64,000 nucleotides of DNA, from NCBI RefSeq assembly GCF_009914755.1, contig NC_060925.1; one strand, written 5' to 3'. A program made the position numbers and the translations under genes. The stretch is from the human T2T-CHM13v2.0 reference genome, Homo sapiens. Below are positions 39,181 through 52,035 of this stretch, piece by piece (position 1 is the stretch's first letter; the number at the start of each line of letters is the position of its first letter). The notes below the pieces were generated by a model. The model saw nothing but the letters and a program-made list of their open reading frames with translations. It had not been told where the DNA came from and made no database searches.

Positions 39181-41362
39181 GAAGCCTCACTTTAAGTAAA
39201 GGCAATCTGCTCTCATCTGAATTAGAGAGAAGTCAAATAGAAGATCCAGGATTCACAACAACCAAGTGAGCTGGGTTTCATTTTCTGTGTTTGATACATG
39301 GGGACACAGAGACTCACAAAGGTTAAGTCAACTTAACCTGTGTTGCTCAGCTCGGACGTGGCAGGGCTGAGGTTACACCCCACCTCTGTACGAATTCCAG
39401 TCTGAGTCCCTGCCACCTGACACACTGCCCCAGGGGCTGGCTCTTCTCCTCCAGGAAAGGAGTTCGTCCCAAGGTCCTTCAAGTAGGGGGCTGACAAGGC
39501 AGGGTATCAGAAATGTGATTAATGGACAAAACATCGATCAGGGCACTGCTTCGTGGGGCTAGCGCTTGTCCAAAAGGGAGGAAAAGGAGAGGCAGCCAGT
39601 GTCCGTAGACTAGGAAAGTTGATCTCTATGGAGGAAGGGAGGGGCTGTAATCTCCTTGCCAATAGGGACTTTGTCTTACCTTTTTTTTGAATCCCTGACA
39701 GGATCTAGTCTAGTTCCTGGCAATTAGTAAGTTCTCAGAACATGAAAGAAAAAAAAGAATGAGGAGGGGAGGAGTCCTTTAAAAACCAGAGCCCTTGTAC
39801 ACCCTTTATCCCCCTTTTTACTCCCCCTCCTTCCCAACAGGTCCAGACCAGTGACATTTCACATACAGAGAAAGTCCCCTCCTGCTCTGGCTCTTAGTTT
39901 GCTTAAAGGAAATAGAACTGTCTGCTGTTGACTCAGTACCTGTTCTTCCCAGGTTATTTGCATACATCGCCTCACATAATGGTCACAACAGCCCTTTGCA
40001 GTGGGCAATTCCATCCCCATTTCACCGATGAGAAAGTTGAGGCTCAGATGGGTTAATGACTGACCCAAGGAAAGTCAATGTGGTGACTGGTGACTGGCAG
40101 GGCCTTTGCTGTTTCCACGGAGCCACATGGCCACCCTGCCCTTCTGCCTCCACTTAATGAGGTCACCTGGGAATAAAACCACAGTGACAGCAAATAGCTT
40201 TTGAGATTGGCTCCCAGGAAGAGGAGAGATGAGTGGCCTGGAGGGCTGTGAGCTGGCAGTTGTCATCGAATCTGGCTTGTGATTTCTTTTCAGCACAGTG
40301 TCAGTGACAGATAACGTCAGTGCAATTCTCTGAAGGGGAAGGAGGAGGGAGCTGAGATTCCGGATCTGCGAGTTGCTACATTGCAGGATGTTCTTCAAAG
40401 CCAGTGTGATTAATCTCCCGGTCGGAGCCCTCTCCCTGGGCCCTTTACCACCATTGAGAACCACTGTCTGTCCCAGAGCCCAGGGAAGCCATTTATTTGC
40501 ACTCCTGGCCTCTGGGTGGCTTTACCAGAATGACTGAAAAAGGAACTCACTGAGAGATTCCAGCTGTACTTTGTTCTTGGGCTCCGGCAGGAGGCTGTGG
40601 CCAGGTCCCTGGGGGCAGTGTCCTGGGGGCAGCGACCACTTCCCAAGGGACTCAGGAGGCTCAGACTCCTGCCCCAGGTCTCACCAAGCCTGACGGCTCC
40701 CCTCCTCAGGGGCTGTGGCCAGGTGAGCCTTGGGAACGTAGTATTTTGAAGTACACACAGTTCGCGTTAGCTGCTCCCCCTCCTCCTCTTTCCCACCTAC
40801 GTTCTTTCACTCACCCAGCTGCCGTCCAGGGCACGCTGTCTCCCGACAGATGGCTGATGTTCTTTTTGAGTTCTAGGTCCCACTATCAAGAAGGAAAGCA
40901 CCTGTAAACTGCTCTGCGCTCAAGTGAGAATAGGATGTCCCGAAGTATTCAGGATTTTCAATAAGGGTCTGTGTAAAGTAGTTTTAGGGTAGAATGGAGG
41001 TATGGTGGCATCCCAGCAGTGGTGGTATAGCCCTTTACCTCTGCCTGCACTTGTCCTGAGAGGCGGCTCTTCCTCAGACTCCTAGGCAACGCCAGGTGAC
41101 ACATTTCCCCTTCTGTTGGAGCAGCTTTGTATATGGGTGAAATTGCCATGATGCCAGTGGATTGGAGTATTTGGGGATTTACTACCTGCTGGAAGATAGT
41201 GGCTGAGCCACTCTTCAGCGGTGCTTCAACTGTGATTTGGGCAGAAGGCAGGCAATTGCTTGGCAGGGATTGCTCGACAGAAGCCCTGCATCGGAAGGGT
41301 TTGCCCAGGTTACGCCAGAAGTACCAGGACCTCAGAGACAATGATGTCCTCTCTCCCTGCAG

Positions 41363-41506
41363 GTATTTCCACTGTCCAGCAGATAGCTCAGAACTAGCCT
41401 ACGACCCACCGGTGGTCATGAATGCCGACACTTTGAGTTACTGTCAGAAGGAGGCCTGGTGTAAGCTGGCCTTCTATCTCCTCTCCTTCTTCTACTACCT
41501 TTACTG
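41363..41506 (+). CDS. CNIH3: CNIH3 internal coding exon (exon 5), 144 nt: (R)[47 protein letters not shown](C)
   Basis: Acceptor cctctctccctgcag|G and donor ACTG|gtgagt. Forms the C-terminal part of ORF 41127..41510. Contains the cornichon motif YDP..V/IMN...[22 protein letters not shown]. Confidence 0.98.
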
Positions 41507-42439
41507 GTGAGTATCTGCCCCTCCTGGTGGTTTTGACTCCTGCAGCAAAAGGAAGAGAATTTCAGGCTGGCCTCTGGGAGGCGTCCTTTGGGAGATGGCG
41601 TGCGAGGGTGGGAGTCATGGCCATTCAGGTGTAGTCCCAGCTGTCTGACTCTGGCTCAGGAGCAAGGGCTTCTGTATAAACAAGTAAGGGGGCAGGAGAT
41701 CCTGCAGGAGGCCTTGCCTGCTGATCGGCACATCCTTAGGGCCACGCAGTGAAAACACCCTCTCAACATCCCTTTGGAGATAACTGGTGAAGTGCAGTTG
41801 GCTACTCCTTCTTCCCTATAGGGCTTCCTGCCTCTCACGACTTTGCAGCTCAGCCCAGCAGGTTTCCTGTGGCCACAGGGGCTCAGGCTCATCCTCACTG
41901 TCCCTTGCCCCAAGGATTCTTGGGAACCATAACAGAGGCCCCAAACTCCCCACCCCAGCCCCACAGTGGCTGTCACGGTTCATAAAGTGGCATTTTGTGT
42001 CGCTAAATGCTTCATTTACAGTTTTCCCAATATTACATAACACCATTCCAATTAAGAAAAACCTGCTGACTTTGCAGTCCTGTTTCAGGAGTGTCCCTTC
42101 TTTTCACCTCTCCGCTCAGAACATCCTAACTAAGCAGATAGCTATAAACAGACTGTCTTGTGGTTTGACACCACAGAGAGTGCCTTTTCCGCAAATGTCT
42201 CCTCCTCCTTCCTGCTCCTCTTTGGCTCATCTCTGGGGACTCTCACCTGTCACTTGCGATTCCATCATTACCTGTGGCAGGGCCATGGTGATCTCCAAAC
42301 CTCCCGGTGATGTCTCCAAAAGGGCATGGTTGACAGCAGCCAGGTGAAGAGGAGGAGGGGTCGGGATGTTGGACTGCACGCCACCCCTAGGTTTGGATTG
42401 GGCTGTGGCAGGCCAGAATGTGGCTGCATTTGTCCAGCA

Positions 42440-42753
42440 TTTTTTATTTTTTATTTATTTTTTAATTTTTATTTAAAGATGGGGTCTCACTGTTTTGCCC
42501 AGGCTGGAGTGCAGTGGTGCCATCGCTGCTCACTGCAGCCTTGAACTTGGCTCAAGTGATTCTCCCACCTTAACCTGAGTAGCTGGGACTGCAGGTGTGT
42601 GTCACCATGCCCGGCTATATTTTTTTTTTTTAATTTTAAAATTTTTTGTAGAGATGGGGTTTCACTGTGTTGCCCAGGCAGGTCTTGAACTCTTGGGCCC
42701 AAGTGACCCTTCTGCCTCAGCCTCCCAAAGTTCTGACATTTAAAAATGAGCCA
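42440..42753 (-). mobile_element. AluJ, ~0.9 kb downstream of exon 5
   Basis: Reverse Alu dimer. Confidence 0.93.
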
Positions 42754-42928
42754 GGCTTTGTGCTCAGAGCTTTGTACGTATCGCTCAATTTATAAGATAA
42801 ATACTATCCTCACTCACATATGAAAAATGAACTGAATCTGAGAAGTTAGATAATTTTCCTGAATTCCAGCTATTAGTGTCACAGCTGTAAGTAGTACATC
42901 TTGAGTCCGATTTCAAAGACTGAACTCC

Positions 42929-43224
42929 TTTTTCCTTTTTCTTTTTTTGAGGGTATCACTCTGTCTCCCAGGCTAGACTACAATGGCAGGATCATAGCTT
43001 GCTGCAACCTTGAACTCCAGGCTCAAGGGATCCTCCTGCCTAAGCCTCCTGAGTAGCTGGAATTATAGGCATGTACCACCATGCTCGGCTAATTTTTGTA
43101 TTTTTCTGTAGAGACAGGGTTTTGCTATGTTGCCCAGGCTGGTCTTGAACTCCTGGGCTCATGTGATCTACCCGCCTCAGCCTCCCAAAGTGCTGGGATT
43201 ACAGGCGTGAGCCACCGTGCCCAG
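42929..43224 (-). mobile_element. AluJ
   Basis: Reverse Alu dimer ending gtgagccaccgtgcccag. Confidence 0.93.
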
Positions 43225-46126
43225 TAGCTCTTAACTGCTGGCTATCTTAGAAAACCTCTAGAAAAGTCTTCATCAAAGTGTGGGGTAAGGAAGGGAGGAA
43301 GGTGTGCTTTTTAAAAATGCAGATTCCTGGGCTTATAGCTACCTATTCAAACTTTCCAGGGCTGGGCTCTGCGTTTTAAACAAGCTCTCTGGACAATCTT
43401 GGTGCACACCTTGGTGGCTCTGGAGCATTCTACTTGGTTCTGCCTTCCCTCCCCTTTACATCCCCAGTGTCCGCAGACTCTGTGGGGTGCTCTGGGATGT
43501 TTACTGCTCCAGCCTGCAGGGAGCCTGACGGTCTTTGAAGCCTCCGGAGATTTCTACGGTGCCCAGTGGGTTCACCTAAGTCTTTCTGACTCCAAGTCTG
43601 AACTATTTAACAACCAAAGGCTTGTCAGATGGGTTTCTGTCTTGGGAGACCTACAGAGTGTGGACAAAGCCGCCGTGGGCTTAGGGACTTGCCACCTTGG
43701 AGGTTAGGTTTTTTCCCTGCAGTGTGCTCAACCCTGCTTTCTTTGTGGAGCCACAGACTTCCCCTTCTGCAGAGTCATGGGCTGAGTGGCCTGTCCCCAG
43801 AGACAGCACTGTCTCTCCTCTAAGCCAACAGAATGAGACCATTGTTTTCATTAGCTCCTGCCCCTTTAGCCTGGGATCCACCTCAGTGTGGATGAAGACA
43901 GAGGCGAGACTTTCCCTCATTTCAGTTTTGTTGCAGTAACTGCTGGAGCCGAGGCGTCGCAGGGAAGAAGCCATATGAGTTCACAGGGAGGGAAGCGGCT
44001 GTGCGTGCTCCGCTGCGGGGGTGGGAGGGGGTGGGGTAGGGAGGTCTTGGCAGCTCCTCTCGGTTAGATGGGTGTGATTGTTCTGTAACCGAGTGTGTTC
44101 CAGACAGTCTGTTTGACTGTTTGTCCTCTAATTCATTACTTCAGTTTGGCCCTGCCTTCATGATACATGTGTTAATCACTCTGTTTCTAAAACAAAATTG
44201 GAAACAGTTCCTGCAGCCTCACTGGGACCCTGGGTGGCCGCCACGGGCACCCACATTCTTTGTTGAATCTGGCCCCTTGGTGCTCTTTGGGGCTGCTTAA
44301 AAGACTGTTTCTCCCACCTTAGGAGCTGCCAGCCCCTCAGATCCGGAGCTGGTGGAGAGCACAGCAGCGTCAGCGCAGGCCACCGTGGGAGGGAGGGAAG
44401 GGGACTCGTGTATGCAGAGCCATGTCTGAACTGAGCTCAGGGCTAGAGACCCACACAACAGCGGGGAAGACGGGGTTGATAGTTTATAGTTTGAGCTCCC
44501 TGAGGGGCTCCTGAGGACTTCGGAGAGGTTAAGAAATGTGTCTCAGGTCCCTGCTAATAATTAGCAACATCTGGCTTCAGAGCCTGTGCTCTTTCTTCTA
44601 TCCTGTTTGAACCGCATGGCACCCATCACCCCACTTCTCAGGTTGCCTTGTGGACCAGGTGATATTTGAGGGTTGTGTTAGAAGGGGACTAGCTAATGCA
44701 GATACTAATACTAGCTAGTGAGCCCAGTGTGAACAGTGTCTGCTCTGTAGAAAGATTTTTTTCCGACCTGAAGTAGTAGGACCACCCTCCTGCGTGGTTA
44801 TTCTGGATCATGCCTGTTCCTCCTCAGGTTTATTTCTCTCCATCTATGTTATTTATGATTTACTTGTTCCTTGACACTGGAGACCATGTTGGTTTCATTC
44901 AGCTCTGCGTCTGCAGTGTCCTGGCCCGTGCCTGGCACTCACTGAATCCTCGTGGTTTGTTGTTACAGCTTAGCTGTATGCTTCCTCAAGGCAGGAATTG
45001 GGGCTGCACACTCACCATTTTCCCCAGCACTGAGAATAGTGTCTGGCATAACGAATGAAAGTGAGTAAACAAAGGTATCCACTTGAGGCTTAGTACTGTT
45101 ATGCAAAAAGCACTGGCTTTGGAGTTAGAATGTGGCTTCTCGCCCTGCTGTCACTCCTCATCTGGCCCTCAGCTTCCCCAAGTAGAGTAAGTCCCTCTTG
45201 CTCCAGGTCTGACCAGTGGTTCTCTGTGTACATGAGGTGTGTGAGGTTCCTGAAGATGGAACTTGAGCTACTCAGAGGAGCTCATTGGGCATCCACAGCT
45301 GCAAAGGGTTAGAAGTCAAACCTTTTCATTTCTTTCCTTTGGTTTTACTTCTTAGATGAATCTTTTTTTCTCACTATAATGTGAAAAGATAGTTGGTTTC
45401 TTTTTCTGCGAAATAGACAAAGAGGTATATTTTGGTGCAGATCATTCCTCAGCCTTGCAAAATTACCCTGAAGCCCTTACTAAGCGCACAGGGATACATG
45501 TCCCCTTCACCCCACTCTTAGTAGTATTGGGGCAATACTTTAGGTCACACACTTTTAATGCATGTTTAATTCCTGGAGTCCATTAAAAATAAGAGGGCCA
45601 GGGAGTTACCCAATCAAGAATTCATTGAGTTCTGGTGCCCAGAGGGCTTATGTTCCCACGCTGGCCTTTGCAGTAGTGATGATGATCTTTCCCCCAGCAC
45701 TACCGTATTATCCAGCATCATCTGGGAGCCCCTGGACACAGCCATCATGCAAGCACATGGCAGCTGGTGGCATAAAGAATCCACTGCACCCCCACCTCCA
45801 CCCCCAGACCTGCCCTGCAATTGCACAAAAAGGAAAACAACCATAATCATCATCCTGATGAGAATGATAATAGGCACTTAGAGCTTTCACATCTTTTATC
45901 CAAGGGATACAATATGCTCTCCCAAAAAATTTTTATTCCAGTGTTGTGGGAAGTAGAAGGGGCACAGTAGTGGAGTTGGCGAGATGCTGTAGTGACAGGA
46001 ATGAGGGAGAAGCCAAGGGGTCTGGCCTCTGGAAGGTCCCTCTCCTGAGGGGCAGCCTGAGTCCTCTGTGGGCTTCTACTAACACCTTCCTCTCTTTTTT
46101 TTTTTTTTTTTTTTTTTTGCATTCAG

Positions 46127-46154
46127 CATGATCTACACTTTAGTGAGCTCTTAA
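46127..46154 (+). CDS. CNIH3: CNIH3 last coding exon segment: (C)MIYTLVSS-stop
   Basis: T24 tract then gcattcag|C ATG ATC TAC ACT TTA GTG AGC TCT TAA. Completes the TG|C codon from exon 5 and matches the recalled CNIH3 C-terminus. Confidence 0.96.
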
Positions 46155-47352
46155 CGCAAAGACCATGCACATCATCAGAGACTGAGATGGGAGAGGCCTG
46201 AGACGGAGAGGTGCATTTCTGCTGGTGACTGGAGGAGGGACCAGAATGAGGATACGTGAGAAATAGACCCGGCAGGCAGTCAGACTGAATGGGAGCTGGA
46301 ATCACGCAGCAGCTGGGAGCCGAGTTAACCCTGCGTGTCTGTGTCACCCTGTTTGTCAATCTTTGGCATTCGAATTCCACACACGGGGTCCTAGAGCCCT
46401 TCTGAGCATCAGTGGTGTGGGGGAGTAGGTGACGAAACACTAGACCTCTCCTGAGAGAGAATTGCTGCTTCCTGAATCCACTTCATTGAACAGCACCTTG
46501 CAAGTTCAAATGAGTTCCTGGGAGCGGAGGCTGGAAGGCCACAAGGTGCTTGCTAAGGAACAGAATGACCCAGAGTCAAGGCCAAGTCTGCAGGGACCTG
46601 TTGAAAGCCTCGAGAATGTCTTGGCTGCCCAAGACTCTTGTTGCCTTTCTTCCAAGCCATGGCCATGCCCTTTTTCTCAAATGGGAGGGGCTGGAGGGTG
46701 TGTGGGATTTGTCTTCAGCTGCAACCAGCCTTGAGCCTGCTGGGCTATTTTCAGCTGAGGAGGGGTGAATATAGGAAAAATGCATTTTTGAAACGTTTGC
46801 AACATGATCAAGGTGTTAGTTCTCCACCACACAAGTTGTATTCTTCTTTTGCCACCTCAAACCATCACAGAGTCTTTAAATGCAAATCAATTGGTCAATG
46901 CTAGTCAAAGCTATGTTCTTACAAAAACCCCAGACAGCTCAGAGCTCAGAAAATCCTGTGGAGTGGCTGCTCTGTACCGTGGGCATCCGGCAGCCAGGAA
47001 GTGAGACAACATAATTATAACTTTGTTTTATGATGCTGCATCATTTGTACTGTTTAGGTCGACGTGAGGACATCATCTTATTTAGAATTTTCCGTTTGGC
47101 ATTCTCTTTTGGGTGGGAGTTATGCTGGGGGTTGTAAATAATGACAAGGCTGAGATTTTTATGATGTTTAAATTGGGCACAATGATTTTGACCTTATTCC
47201 CCAAACTTCTTTTCTTTTCTACTGTTTAACATACACAGGCTATTTATACACGTCCCCAGCTCCCATCTGAAACCTGTGACTCAGGTTTATGAATGGTGTT
47301 TGTGTAGCAACACATTGTGTGCTATGTTTATTAAAATGCAGCGACAACTTGA
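46155..47352 (+). other. CNIH3: CNIH3 3'UTR (end approximate)
   Basis: Repeat-free sequence after the stop codon, increasingly AU/GU-rich, ending ~15-20 nt after the ATTAAA at 47330. Confidence 0.8.
47330..47335 (+). terminator. Polyadenylation signal ATTAAA of CNIH3
   Basis: gtttATTAAAatgcagcgacaac, with an upstream TGTA element (47303-47306) and downstream gagtgtct/ctctctcattt. Confidence 0.7.
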
Positions 47353-47890
47353 GTGTCTCACTTAACTGGCTCTCTCATTTCAACCATTACAGCTGAATTT
47401 GTCTACATATGGTTGGAAAACTGATAGGAAGAAAAGGCAAATTTTCAAAAAGGCATCATGCTGCTAAAAATTCTGTGGAAAACAAAATGCAGACTTTTAC
47501 TCTGAGGTTTATGGTATAAAACTGGAGAATTTGAGGTGATGATTTTGGGAGAAGGCTTCCTCTTGGCCAATGCCCTTTTTACCGACCAGGTAACTGTTGT
47601 TAGGGATAGAGTTACCTTTCGGCTGCTTGGGCCTGGCTTTGGCTTCATTCCTGAGAAGACTAGTGACCCTCATCCAGAGAGGCAAGCCTTGGATGGCAGG
47701 CTGCAGACGCTAATCTAATCGCACAGCCGTCCTGCAAATGCAACTGGATGTAGAAGGTGAATGGTCTGTGTTACTTCTCACCATGGAGCTGTTTTGTTTC
47801 TATACTCTGTCTTCTTTCAGAAAGATTTGTAGTGGCTCATAATAGGAGACACAAGTACACAAAGACCATTAAAATGGAAGTAGAAATGTC

Positions 47891-48187
47891 TTTTTTTTTT
47901 TTTTTTTTTTGAGATAGGGTCTCACTCTGTCGCCCAGGCTGGAGTGCAGTAGTGCAGTCATGGCTCTCTGCAGCTTTGACCCTCCTGGGCTCAGGTGTTG
48001 CTCCCACCTCAGTCTCCCGAGTAGACTACAGGTGCACACCACCATGTCTGGCTAATTTTTGTATTTTTTGTAGAGATGGGGTTTTGCCATGTTGCCCAGG
48101 CTGGTCTCAAACTCTTGGACTCAAGCAATCTGCTCACCTTCACCTCCCGAAGTGCTGGGATTATAGGCTAAGCCACTGCCACTGGCC
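47891..48187 (-). mobile_element. AluJ
   Basis: T20 followed by a reverse dimer. Confidence 0.95.
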
Positions 48188-48329
48188 TGACAGCTCTTAT
48201 GTTTATGAAAGAGAAACATCCAGATATTTCCCTCCGACAAGTTGTGATTGGGAAGTAATTCTCGTGATCTGTTGGGAGTTTCAGTGAATTTTCAGTTCCT
48301 GGGAGAAGCTAATCATGATGATAAAGATA

Positions 48330-48760
48330 AGAGTAAAGGGCACAGTTGATGGGGCACGTGCTGTGCGCCAGGCACTGTGTTAAATGCTCACGGGGTGACC
48401 TCACCCACCCCTCACAGTGATCATGCACAGCAGGTTAGCTGTTCTCGTCCCCACGTCACCCATGAGAGAACTAGGGAGCCTCAGGGAAGGTGAGTCTTCC
48501 CTAGGTGAAGTAGCGCAGAACAAGGCCTTGATGCTACGAAGAAGTGGCCAAATAATGACAGTTATAAACCAAGGCACCTGGCAGTGATCTAGATGCTTCA
48601 TATGCTTTTCCCTGATCCTCATGACAGTACCACAAGGTGGATATGATCTCTCTTTTATAGATGAGGAAACTGAGAAGAGGAGTCACTTGCAGAGAGCCAC
48701 AGCTAGCAACGGGTATGTCTAGCTGTAGCTGGGATTTAAACCCAAGTCCGCCTCTTCTCA
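48330..48760 (-). mobile_element. Two MIR copies
   Basis: gtgcgccaggcactgtgttaaatgct; ttttatagatgaggaaactgag...gggatttaaacccaagtc. Confidence 0.75.
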
Positions 48761-49219
48761 CATAATTTTGTTCTTATTGCCCAGTCTCTTATTGTGTATC
48801 CCACAGAAGTGACCAAAGGGAAGAAGAGAGGAAAAGCAGGAGAAACTCCTCTGTTTTCCAAAATACAAAGTGAATATTTTCCTTGAGAGACAAAAAGCTC
48901 ACCTTTCCAAGCATGCGTCAAGGAGAGAGCTTCCCAGTGGGGCAGAGTCAGCTCCTGAAGATGGTGTTGGTGAACTGGTTCCCATTCTTTAGAGAGGTAG
49001 AGCTATAGGCCTGGTGTGGCTGTGCCCAAAGGGTCAGAGGGGAACCTGGAAGAGTCACTTAAAGCTCACTTTTCGCTTTGCTAAGGTGGAAGAATAATGG
49101 CACCTACCACACTGGCTTTCTATAAAGATTAGATGAGTTCATACCTGCAAGTAACAGAACAGTACCCTGCGTGTGGTCAGCACACTCACTGTAGAGGGCG
49201 AGTCTTCCCTGCCATCTGG

Positions 49220-49618
49220 GCCAATCCATTGTTGTGTTGCTATAAAGGAATACCCGAGCCTGGGTAATTTATGAAGAAAAGAGATTTACTTGGCTCACAG
49301 TTCTGCAGGCTGTACGAGCATGGCTCCTCCCTCTGCTGAGGGCCCCAGGAAGCTTCTAATCATGGTGGAAGACAAAGGGATAGCAGACTTGTCACATGGT
49401 AAAGAGCAAGAGAGAGAAGGGAGAGGTTTCAGATGCTTAAACAACCAGATCTCATGTGAACTGAGCGAGAGTGCACTCATCCCCAAGGGAATGGCGTTAA
49501 GCCATTCATGAGGGATCTGCCCCCACAATCCAGTCACCTCCTACCAGGCCCCACCTCCAACATTTGCAACCACATTTCAATATGAGATTTGGAGGGGACA
49601 AACATCCAGACTGTATCA
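49220..49618 (-). mobile_element. MSTA/MSTB MaLR solo LTR
   Basis: ttgctataaaggaatacccgagcctgggtaatttatgaagaaaagag...tgagatttggaggggacaaacatccagactgtatca. Confidence 0.92.
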
Positions 49619-51056
49619 CCATCCTTACTATGCCCTGTGCCCATTCCAGGGCAAGCTCCCTCCCTTTGGGAGGACCATGAAGCCAACTGGCCACGTGGAA
49701 CAGGAGTGAAGATTCCTGGATGCTGCCGCCCTCCCGAGGCCCCATTCCTGTCTATAGTATCCTGAATGGAGGTCAGGCTGGGACCCGACCCCTCTTTTCA
49801 GTGTCATGTTCTCTGCTAATAATGATAACCACTGCTGTCGAGTACTTGCCATGTGCTGGATGCTCTGCAAAGCACTTGACATATGTAGTCTCATTTAATC
49901 CCCACATCAATATTATGGAATGGGAATAATTGTCTTCAATGCATAGTTGAAAATATTAAAGCTTATAGAGGTCTAGCAATTGAGCCAAGGTCACAATTGC
50001 TAATAAGTCATGGAGCCTAGACTTCCACCCAAGTCCTTTTGACTCCAAGGCTTTGACCATTTTCTCATTCCTGAAAGGGTGATAGAGTCCACGAGGACAG
50101 TGGGATGTGAGATAGAAGAGAAAAGGGGATGACGATGGGACAGCAGTGTGGCTCTGCTGAGCTCACATGTTTCACAGCAAGCAATTCTATGTGAATGACT
50201 TTATAATCGGAAGGATTTTGGCTACAGGATCTTGTGCAAACTTCTTAACCTTTAGAGACTCAACTTTCTTATCTGTAAAATGAGGCTAATAATACCTCCC
50301 TTTCAGTATTCTTGTGATAATTTAAGTAAATTATGTACAGAATGCTTGTTGAGCCTGTCTCAAAATTGGTGCTCAACAAATCTCGGTCCTCAGTGCTGCA
50401 CCCGACGGCACTTCCCTTCAAAGAGGGGAAGGGAGGATTATGTAGATAAAAACGGGTAAAATGCTTCTTCTGGTAACACATGACGACAGTCAATGAATCT
50501 TAGCTCCCTCCTTTCCCCTCTCCATCTTCAGGGTGGACTGTTCCAGGCATGCAACATGGGTAGCAGAGCTCAGCCCTCTCAAGAAAATCCTCCCTTTGCA
50601 TCCTATTTTTAGGTTTGGTAATTGCACCAATGTTGAATAAAGTTGTCATCGTTATGACAGTTTTGTTCTCCTACATAAGAGATGAATGCAGCCAGCAAAA
50701 TGCTTTGACAACAATTAATTGCACTCACGCTGTGTCGTTACACAGATCCATTTCCATAACCCTTTCTCTTCCTGGACTTGGGCTGTTCTGTTTTCATCTG
50801 TGCTCTGGCAAATGACTGTTTGGGCAGAGCCTTCTCCAGGCCTCGGAGCTGCCGGTCCAAGCTGGACATCTTGGGGCTGCCTCTGTTCCTGAGGCTCAGG
50901 CAGAAGGCACTACTCACTGTGGGCGTTTGAGGGGGCATCCTGGGACATGCCCTGTGATTTGGCTCATCCCAGGCAAAGGAGAGGAGGAGCTGACCAAGGG
51001 AGTAAGCCTTCAGGACACAACCACACATTCTAGGGAAAGGTGGGGGCAAGTTGTAG

Positions 51057-51363
<307 letters not shown>

Positions 51364-51703
51364 AAGTTTTAGCTCTGTCCAGTTTAGCAGGGAGCAGGAG
51401 CAGGCTTTCCTTGTGGGGAGCGGCACATGATGGAAGCATTTCACACAGCTGCATTTGCAGAGGGAGACCTCAGTGCCCACACGTCGGATTGGGTTTCAGT
51501 TGCTGCCCATGATCCAGAAATAGAAATAGAAACAGGGTCAAAACAGCCACAACAAAATAGCATTTTCCAGGCTTTGCTCCCACCCACCTACTCTGTGGTC
51601 ATTTCTGCCCCTGTTAAATTCTGCCTAGATAGTATTGGATACGCCAAGGGTGCTATGAACTTGACCTCTTAGCTACCACATGATGCCCACATTTCTTCCC
51701 AGC

Positions 51704-52035
51704 CAGTGGGGTGCTAAAAGTGACTTGTACAGGCTTATGAGAGCCAACTGTTTAGTTTTTTAGGGATTTTACTAAATAGTTGTTAAACAGAGCCATTATT
51801 AAAACTGAAGTTATGTAAACTTACAATTAAATAAATAATTTTAAAAACAAAGGTAATACCTAGTCAAACTCACCACTTCCCAATTATTTTACTACATTTT
51901 ACTTGAGGTTATGTCTATTGTATCTGTGGCAGAAATGCTATGTGACGGTATGCTGCTGTGTATCTCTTCCCAGCTTTGCATTCAGTGATGACCCATTGAT
52001 TGCTTGAAATTGGCCATGGTGAGAGTATTTACTCT
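51704..52035. mobile_element. MER63-like hAT DNA transposon fragment
   Basis: ccagtggggtgcta...ttacaattaaataaat...gcttgaaattggccatggtgagagtattta (recalled consensus). Confidence 0.6.

Noticed and set aside
41127-41362. Open frame extending upstream of exon 5 as an alternative N-terminus
   Set aside because: A canonical acceptor at 41362 explains the coding part. The upstream peptide has no cornichon similarity and there is no promoter evidence.
41515-41533. CTCF-like motif just after the exon 5 donor (- strand CCACCAGGAGGGGC)
   Set aside because: Two mismatches at informative core positions.
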